From: Chara braunii
Lineage: Eukaryota > Plantae > Charophyceae
DNA: 46,173 nt
Assembly: GCA_003427395.1 (NCBI GenBank)
Contig: BFEA01000001.1
Location: forward strand, 11,555,059-11,601,231
Direction: 5' to 3'
Of this stretch, positions 38,122 to 46,173 are shown in pieces. Each line of letters begins with the position of its first letter. The stretch's first letter is position 1. A program made the position numbers and the translations under genes. Under the pieces are notes generated by a model. It saw only the letters and a list, made by a program, of their open reading frames with translations, had not been told where the DNA came from and did not search any database.

Positions 38122-39010
38122 TGATCAAGGACAGAAGGGGGACAGCGGACCAGAGGTACGCAGCACAATTATTTCCATTTGCGACTCTTCGTGCCTGCGA
38201 GCTCCAGTGGTCAAGCGGGCTCGCAGTGGCTGAAGCGTTGATGATGGCGGGGCATTTATGAGAAGAGACAGGGTCTGTGATTGGGAGAAAGGTGCAGAGT
38301 GACCAGCCAGATGGAGGGTACACGTACTAGCCCGCAACATGATGATGAAAACTTGTCAGAGATCTGCACCAGCTGATGAAACACAACCCTCTCCTCCGAC
38401 ATGTGTCCGATGTCCTCACTTACCTCATTAGAAGAGGCAGCAGGTAATCATGAAAAAGAAAATATTCCCTCCTTACGCCCATGGCAGATTTGTCTGCCGC
38501 GCTTGAGATCAGTTGCTAGATGGTCATCAAATGGTTGTTTCTCAAGATCTGCTCGTTATATTATGGATCAGGGGAGCGTGCCACATTGTTGTTAATCATT
38601 CAATCCTGCACGCGCATGAGAGCACACATGCAGATGGTAGAAGACAGTGAGACGAACATGGCTGTGATAGCCATCAGGTCCATCAGAGTGTGAACCGGTG
38701 TGATCAAGGGATGAGAGTGATAATCTGGACGTGAGTGCGCACCCTGAGAGAGTGCAGATTGACAAAGAGAGAGAGAGCAGCGAGACTGAGGGAGAGAGAA
38801 CAACAAGGGTGAGAGAGAGAGAGAGCCGCGAGACCGAGAGAGGGAGAGCAGCGAGACTGAGAAAGAGTGCACAGCGCGAGTGAGAGAGAGAGAGCAGCGA
38901 GACCGAGAGAGGGAGAGCAGCGAGACTGAGAAAGAGTGCACAGCGCGAGTGAGAGAGAGAGAGCAGCGAGACTGAGGGAGAGAGAGCAGCGGAAGGGAGA
39001 GAGAGAGAAA
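37742..39010. repeat. Cluster of (CA)n and (GA)n microsatellites plus a GA-rich ~66-bp tandem repeat (38770-38995)
   Basis: GAGAGCAGCGAGACTGAG...GAGTGCACAGCGCGAGT units repeated. Confidence 0.85.
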
Positions 39011-39331
39011 GTGGGGTGGCACATCCCAAGTTTGACTGTGAAAACTTGCTGTGGTGGCCTAGTTGCCTTTCTCAGTTGACTGCTAAAGCTCACCATAGCG
39101 CAGGGTAACTGAGTTATCTATTCTCTGTTGAAACGTACAACTGTGAGACACCGGTTGACTGTTGAAACTCCCTAGAGTGGGAATTGACTGAATTATTAAT
39201 TGATGGGTGAAATGTACTATTGAACGATACCAGTTGATTGTTGGAACTCCTTGCTGATCGAAGCTGCTAAAATCCAAAGAAAAAGAGGGAAAAGAAAAAA
39301 GGGAGCGCGAGAGGACGCCCTCGACTTCAAA

Positions 39332-39444
39332 CCCTACTGGTCGCTGAGGACCTCGGAAGCGGGCGCGGCGAAGTGACAGGNGCCGTAGNCCATGGCTTCA
39401 GCGAACGGTAGGTAGCCCCTCCCCGGGTTACCCAACACCGGGTC
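39332..39444. repeat. Conserved structured ~112-nt motif, copy 2
   Basis: CCTACTGGTCGCTGAGG pairs with CTTCAGCGAACGGTAGG; homologous to 30891-31002. Confidence 0.7.
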
Positions 39445-40321
39445 AAATCGATATAGCCATCTACAATTTCGTTGTGCGTACACCTGAGGGTTTAAGCTTG
39501 TTGTATCAATTTACTCGCTGGCCGAATATGCAAAAGGTACGCCATTAACCTTTGCAGATCTTTTCTTGTTAACCAATCCAGGCATGAAAAATCGACGAGG
39601 GTAGGAAAGCTGACTCCATGCAAAAATCTGAAGATGAAGCGACCGACTGTCACATGGTTTGCAACTAGCTTCTTCAACTTGCAACTCTCTTCAAGCTGCC
39701 AGTAACCGCTTCACAACTGGCTTCTTCAGCATAATACATCCCCTACATAACAGAGAAGATGACACTCGGCATGGAGCCCAATGAGCTCAAGCAAGTCGGT
39801 AACATCAACTGTATGTAATGTGCATGCTTGCATCCTCTCAGATGTATCTCAGCAGTAATGCCTTCAACTCGCCAACATGATCACTACTCAGCCGGAGACA
39901 AACATGTAGTTCATTTGAACAAATGAAGTCAACCATTAGTTCACGCGCAGAGCTCTCACGAAAGTCTCCCACCAATTCTCACTTCGCTTGTCCATACTCC
40001 TCACTAGTACCCTGCTCCACACATTTCGCTCTCACCTCATTAAAACTGAGATGTAACGCATGATGGTAGTTGGCGCAGGCCTGAACAGAAAATAGATGAC
40101 GTCATTTTTATGGTGCACACACACAGTCCGACTTCAAATGACACCCTCTCTCATTGCTGCACCACACGTCCGTTTTCCACTTCGACTAACACATGACAAA
40201 AACATAAAGACCACGCAGTTGATGTCAACTATGCGAACCCACGAGTAGAGCTCCTGCGAAAAAGCCTCAAGCATGTCTGACTTCAAATGCATGTTCAGGC
40301 CGCACGTACTCTGCCACCGTG

Positions 40322-40325
<4 letters not shown>

Positions 40326-40410
<85 letters not shown>
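40326..40410. repeat. (CT)n microsatellite
   Basis: Directly visible; another CT run ends the window at ~46135-46173. Confidence 0.95.
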
Positions 40411-40414
<4 letters not shown>

Positions 40415-41178
40415 AACAACACCACTCACTTGTATGCTGCCTCGCACGTTCATTCCTTGCCCCGACTGACCGTAACACTGGGCCGCTGCCTGTGACCGCC
40501 TCGCGGTCTCAGCCTCTTCGGTGTGAGATCACCTCCGATCCGTCTTCTACTGGCTCACTTGGTCCATACCTGCCGGGTGGTCCATGCCAGGTCCTAGTAT
40601 GGCCTGGTTTCTTTGCTCGTGTCCGCATCACTTTCTTCACTCTTTGCCTCAAAGTCGCGGTCCACGTCCAGCTGTGCTTGCTCCATAGTAGTCACGAACG
40701 GCTCCGTCTCATGGTAGGCCACTGTTACCTCCATCCTAAGAAAAACCCAAAATCGCCTACATCCCCTCTCAGCCCTGTTTTTACCCTCAGTGATAGCACC
40801 TCACAGTTTTGCATCATTCCTCATCTCTTCCTCCCTTTCTCCCTCGACATTAACTTTCATTTTTCCTTCCTCCCCATCGTAATTCAGGATCACCGTAATC
40901 GTGGGGCCCTTGCCAGATAACGGGCACCAGCGCACTATGTGCTTCCAAATGTCTGGCCTATTGCCGGCTAGACCATTGCGATGGGCCATAGCAGCTCTCT
41001 TCACCTCACTAATCGGCGCAGCTCTCTCTTCTCACCTCCCGCAGCTAACCACTCACTCAGGACGGTAGATAGCCATTGCTCGACACTCACGCAGAGAGTG
41101 AAGGTCGAAGCATCAGTGCACGTAAAGGCCTAGTAAAATGCAGGCTCTGCAGCTTTCTTTTATGGATATTCACCACTC

Positions 41179-42132
41179 TGTGAGGGATTCAGACAACCCT
41201 CTTGAATAGATAAATAATCAAGCAAATAAATAAAAGACAATACAAATTTTTCGACTCAACGGACACAAAAAAAGTGGGCGCCTCCTCCTACTGTCAGTAT
41301 CTGCGGGTTGGGATATCTGCCGACGGCCTCCCTTCTTTAAAGGGGATGGGACTACCATTGGTAGAGGCCTGTGTCCGATGGCAAGGAGGGGTCGCTTATG
41401 TTTCATGTGGGCCTTTGGGGTTGACTTGGGACTCTTGACCTTTCACAGATCTGACGGGCTTCCTCTAATGACTTCAAGAGGTCAAGTTGACTCTTCGGGA
41501 ACTACTGTAGCCATGAGATGTTATTTGACTTTGCAAGTATGATGAGATGCATAACGATGACCCAGAAAAAACGACAACTCTGGGTCTGGGCATGTTTTCT
41601 TTCATCTGTTTTGCGGGCATATAGCCTCTGAGGATCCAACTCGTTGTAATCAACGATTCCAACTATTCAACGTCATGACAATTGAATTACAACTTCAGAA
41701 TTCTAGCTTCTCAAGAGTGGTATCTCACNGATGGCTCCAGTCTTTCCGGAAAAAGACCTAAGCCTTCCACCTAAGCTGCGCAAGAAAAGCCGAAACCCAA
41801 TCCCAAGGAACAGTAAAGCTTCATAGGGTCTTTCTGTCCAGGTGCAGGTAGTCCGCATCTTCACAAACATGTCTATTTCACCGAGTGTCTCTCTGAGACC
41901 GCGCCCAGATCGTTACCCTACAGACGACCTTGAGACTTCTAAACAATAAACCCAAGGATCAAACCTACACGACCCAAGCTGCGCACACAAAACATTTGTA
42001 CACGGTTTTAAGGATAGGTCGCGGGTTCAAAAAGCACACATGGTCAACGACAACTATGCAGTGGACTAGGAAAGGTCTGGGGATCGAGTCCTAGCACCTG
42101 CAATGTTGCGCAAACTGGGTGAAACCCTTTCA
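41179..42132 (-). repeat. Putative 3' LTR (~950 bp)
   Basis: Starts TGAAAGGG immediately after the PPT; likely ends ...CCCTCACA at 41179. The distal end is inferred because no second LTR is present. Confidence 0.6.
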
Positions 42133-42170
42133 CTCCCACCATCCTAAATTCGAGGTCTTCTGAGAACTCT

Positions 42171-44670
42171 TTATTCCAAGGCAGGACCTTTACCTTTCCT
42201 CGCTCTTCCGTAAGCACGAACTACATTGGGAGTGGTTTCTAGAAGTTCTGTTCTAGTGAACCATCTATCGTCCTCAAGTTTCTGGTAAGCGAACTTGACT
42301 TTGTACTGCTTCTGGGGACAACCTCTACCTCCCGTGCGAAATACATCTTCTTCTAGTATTCGGTCTATGTCATAGGTGCCATCCATATCTGGCGGAATCA
42401 TAGATCTCTGCGAAGGAAACTGTTCACTGGTAACACAAGGCAGAAACTTCTAGTATTCAGTCTATGCATGAAAGACCGGATACGTATGAAGGTGAGCTGG
42501 AATTTCTATCGTATATGATGGTCCATCCTCTCCACCTTCGGCTTCTAGGACAGGCCACGGGCCTCTATATACGCGAGCAAGAGCTTCTGTGAGATTTTTT
42601 CTTCTGGTGCAAATTCCTTTGACTTGACCCAGACTAAGTCGCCTACCCTAAACTGTGAGGGTCTGCGATGCTTATCCACTTATTCAATCATGTGATGCTG
42701 GGCTTTTCTAAGATTTTCACTCACCTTTTTACTTCCTTCTCGTGCTGCAGCGCAAACTCTCTTGTATCCGGAGGTAGCCTCTGAATGTGGTCCGGGTTCA
42801 GTCCTTCAGCGGGCTACGTGGTCTAAAGGACTTATGCAGCTAATTAGGAGTTCTGGAAGTAGCTAACTATACACTATTATTATAGGCACTAGCTACTTTA
42901 GGAAGCATCTCATCCCAGTTCACTTCATCGGGTCTAATATACATTCTGAGTAACTGCTGCAAGATCTTATTTATTTGTTCCATCTGGCCGTTTGTCTTTG
43001 GATGACGACCTGACAACATCAACAGCTTAGAGCCGTAGACTTTCACGAGATCTTGCCAATTCTGGCTGGTAAACCACGTGTCTCTGTCAATAATAATTGA
43101 CAGCGGTATGCCATGCTCACTTACCCAAAAATTAAATAACTTCTCTACAACTAATTCAGTCTTTGCCTCCGCAGGCAATGGTACGAAGATCACATATTTG
43201 CTAACTTGATCTATTATGACTTTTTCCATGCCTACTCCTAACCCCTGTATCCATGAAGTCAATGGAAACAGACTCTCCAGGTTCTGCTGGGATAGGCAAG
43301 GTTCTCATAAGACCTACGGGTGCTCTTGTCGTTGTCTTGTTGCGCTGGCAGAATTTACAACTGCGGACATACTCTATACAGTACTTTCATGCTAGGCCAC
43401 GTGTACAACATCGATAGGTTGGCTAATATCTTTTGCCAGCCAAAGTGTCCTTCTGTATCATGACTTTCCCCTAAGATCAAACTGCAGATCTCTTCACTAT
43501 TGGGGATGCACAATCTATCAATGACATTGCAGTTCTGTAATCTGGTTTGCTATCAAGGGTTTTCTTACCGTCTTTCAGGAGATCATTGTAGATCGGGTCC
43601 TGACCGTATGCATCTTTTATTTTCTATTGTAGATCTACCCCTATGTCCAGATAATGCACGATTGCTCCAAAGTAATCAGCCCTTCTACTTAGAGCATTGG
43701 CTACCACATTCTACTTGCCTTTTTAACGGGCTTCAACTCAAACTGGTCTATCTCCGGTGCCCACCTGGTCAGTTTGTGCGTCATCTTGGCTTGCGTCTTA
43801 AGCCATCTCAGAGTTTCATGATCTGAGTAGACTTTAAAGTGCCTCCCAAGCAGGTAATGTCTCAAATGATCTAATGCCTGCCTGAGAGCGTAGAGTTCTC
43901 TTTCATACGTCGAGGCTGCTACTTTATCTGAAGACAGCCTAGCTGATATGAACTCTACGGGTCTATAGCCATCGCCATCTGCNNNNNNNNNNNNNNNNNN
44001 NNNNNNNNNNNNNNNNNNNNNNNNNNNNNNNNNNNNNNNNNNNNNNNNNNNNNNNNNNNNNNNNNNNNNNNNNNNNNTTTCATACGTCGAGGCTGCTACT
44101 GTAACTGAAGACAGCCTAGCTGATATGAACTCTACGGGTCTATAGCCATCGCCATCTGCTGTAACACGGCGCCTATGCCATATTGGCTTGCATCTGTCGT
44201 GACGACAATGGGCAATGAGGGATCGGCTTCCTAGACAACAGGATACTCTACGGAGGCCCTCTTTAATCTCTTTAGGGCCGAGGTATAGTCTTCGTCCCAC
44301 TTCCAGATTGCTTCCTTCTTTAGTAGTCTGCAAAGTGGAGCAACGATAGTAAAGAAGTTTCTCACAAACTTTCTGTAGTAGTTGGCCAATCCTAAAAACG
44401 ATCACAACTCAGTCAGAGTACGAGGAACTGGCCAGTCTCTAATTGCTCCTATCTTGCCGTCCTCTGGTTTGATGCCATCTCCGTCTAACACGTGGCCCAA
44501 GTACAAGACTTCTTCCTTGGCCCACTCACACTTTTTCGTGTTAATCTTGAAGTTGGCTTCCCTCAGTTTCTCTAAAAGCTGCCTTAGATGGCCCTCACTT
44601 CCTTGGAGGGACTTGCTAAATACTAGGATGTCGTCTAAATGTACTACGGCGAATTTATCTAGCCACGGTC
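42171..44670 (-). pseudogene. Gypsy pol remnant: RT, RNase H, integrase, chromodomain
   Basis: VVHLDDILVFS (YLDD decayed), KKCEW, YLGH, SFLGLANYYRKFV; YERELYAL...YLLGRHFKVYSDH; GHFG and CxxC zinc motif; HGIPLSIIIDRD, HPKTNGQMEQINK, AYNNS; YRGPW; YDIDRILE...YKVKFAY...DDRW. Several stops and frameshifts. Confidence 0.95.
43983..44077. other. Assembly gap (95 N) flanked by an ~82-bp duplicated overlap
   Basis: 43901-43982 is repeated at 44078-44159 with two differences. Confidence 0.9.
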
Positions 44671-44693
44671 AAGAAAGGACAGTACCCCAAGGG

Positions 44694-45020
44694 AGAAAGA
44701 AAAACCTACATGACTGGACATTCTGCCACTGCTGCTGTGTAACAAAAGGGGTAAAGCTACCAAAGAAACACTATTCCCCTAATTTTCAGCGCATTAGAAA
44801 TTTCACGAGCGAGCACCTTCAGAGTCCAGACAACGAAGATACATCAAGGCAATATCATGAAAGAAAGAAAAACCTACTCTGCCACTGCTGCCGTGTAACA
44901 AAAGGAGTAAAGAATCTAAAGATACCACAGAAACACTATTCCCCCAATTGGCAGCGCATTTAGAAAATTTTCACGAGTGAGCACCTTCAAACAACGAAGA
45001 ACTACACCAAGGCAACACTC
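44694..45020 (+). repeat. ~165-bp tandem duplication at the point where Gypsy RT is truncated
   Basis: GAAAGAAAAACCTAC...CTGCCACTGCTG...GAAACACTATTCCCC...GAGCACCTTCA...ACAACGAAGA occurs twice. Confidence 0.85.
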
Positions 45021-46131
45021 AAATGCCAAGTGAACGTGAACTCAAAGAAGGTTGCATACATTCAGGGTTAGTCTCCGTGTCAGTATGCCCTAAGATGAAA
45101 CGACACGAGAACACAATAGGAGAGGTCACTGAGGCATTGTACAACACCTTTACCTGATTTACTCACCATCAGACTGCCAATCAACGACGAACTGCAGGAT
45201 GGAAATCATCATACGCTTATGAGGACAACACATTTCAGCCAAGAGTCAGGAGATCACTAACTGGATGAGCATACACCACCACCAACAACGCCCGGTGTAG
45301 TCCCCACCAACCAGAGATTTATGATGGTTGAAGAACTGACACACAAGGAGTAGGAGGTGTGATAGTGAGCATGCAGGTGAGGATCGTGCCATAAACAAGT
45401 GAGATCCTTTGACGGCATACGGCTGGGCTCGTATCAATCCATGATGTGAATTGCAGCATTGATGAGAAGAAAACCAATACACCGATAGTGAGCTTTCATG
45501 CGCTCCAAGAAAAGGCCGAACAGAAAAACAACACACCTATTGTGAGCTTTCACGAGCTGCAAGAAAAGGCCAAACGGGAGGGAGGAGAGGATGGACATCA
45601 GATAAAGGCCACATTGAACAGCTGGACAAATTCTTTCTTGATTTGGAAACTCCGAATGCAAGGAACCTAGGAGTTGGTCTTCTTCAGCTACGCATGCTGT
45701 TTTCTACTCTGGCCAGACTTCTTGAATCCCGTTTTGCTATGCCTGACTCCTAGCCTATGAGATGAAGCACCGTGTCTAGCTTTACCCGCCAAGAACCTGC
45801 CTGCGGTTGTCGTCATCTTTCTCGTCCGTTGTTTCTCGCTGCCATCTCCCCTTCCTCTGTCTCCATCAGCATCCCCCTCATCTTCACTTCCTTGATGTGC
45901 ATCTTCTTGGGCTCCTCGCCTCTCCTTCCTTCCTCTCTTTGAGGCCTTCCTGTTGCCCATGAAGGCTGCAAAAATGATAGCAAGAAAGTGTCATTTTGTT
46001 GTTTCCCGTGCTTGTGAGACACATCCACAATGTATATAGTACTAGATGACCTGTTGCGGCTTCGCTCGCAAAAACAAACGCGACAGGTGATGCAGTAAAA
46101 AGGTGGAGGCAACCGACCGAGGCAAACTCAC

Positions 46132-46173
<42 letters not shown>

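Larger units (their letters stand above)
41179..44670 (-). mobile_element. 5'-truncated Ty3/Gypsy chromovirus-type LTR retrotransposon (RT-RNase H-integrase-chromodomain, PPT, 3' LTR)
   Basis: Pol motifs in Gypsy order, then a purine tract AGGATGGTGGGAG (42145-42133) directly before TG at 42132. Confidence 0.92.

Noticed and set aside
30891-39444. Hammerhead or HDV-like ribozyme in the structured motif
   Set aside because: Copy 1 has TTGAGGA-CCTC-GAAA and copy 2 CTGAGGA-CCTC-GGAA, so neither has a complete hammerhead core; these bases pair better in the long stem and no HDV P1/P3 pseudoknot could be built.
43901-44159. Duplicated RNase H segment
   Set aside because: It flanks an N gap and is most likely an assembly overlap.
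44382-44963. 193-aa plus-strand ORF (and similar ones such as 11262-11873)
   Set aside because: Antisense shadows of retroelement coding sequence.

Overview
Eukaryotic, transposon-dense window; the repeat families and gene style suggest a charophyte green alga such as Chara (inference). Only one host-gene piece is recognisable: the first coding exon of an MA3-domain/PDCD4-like translation regulator (MRF family; minus strand, 3298-3541), whose first intron runs off the left edge. The rest is upstream intergenic DNA made of nested mobile elements: a near-full-length but inactivated L1/Tx1-type LINE (6.3-13.8 kb) interrupted by a fully palindromic MITE, a 2-kb foldback with ~870-bp inverted arms, several hAT-like/TIR non-autonomous elements, an older LINE RT remnant, an unidentified degenerate ~550-codon frame, and the 3' half of a chromodomain-bearing Ty3/Gypsy element with PPT and LTR. 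There are also microsatellites, tandem duplications and two assembly gaps. I found no rRNA, tRNA or CRISPR. I cannot demonstrate a new biological system. The best leads are a ~112-nt structured motif present twice with compensatory changes, the unknown degenerate ORF next to it, the long inverted duplication, and the foldback MITE with atypical termini.
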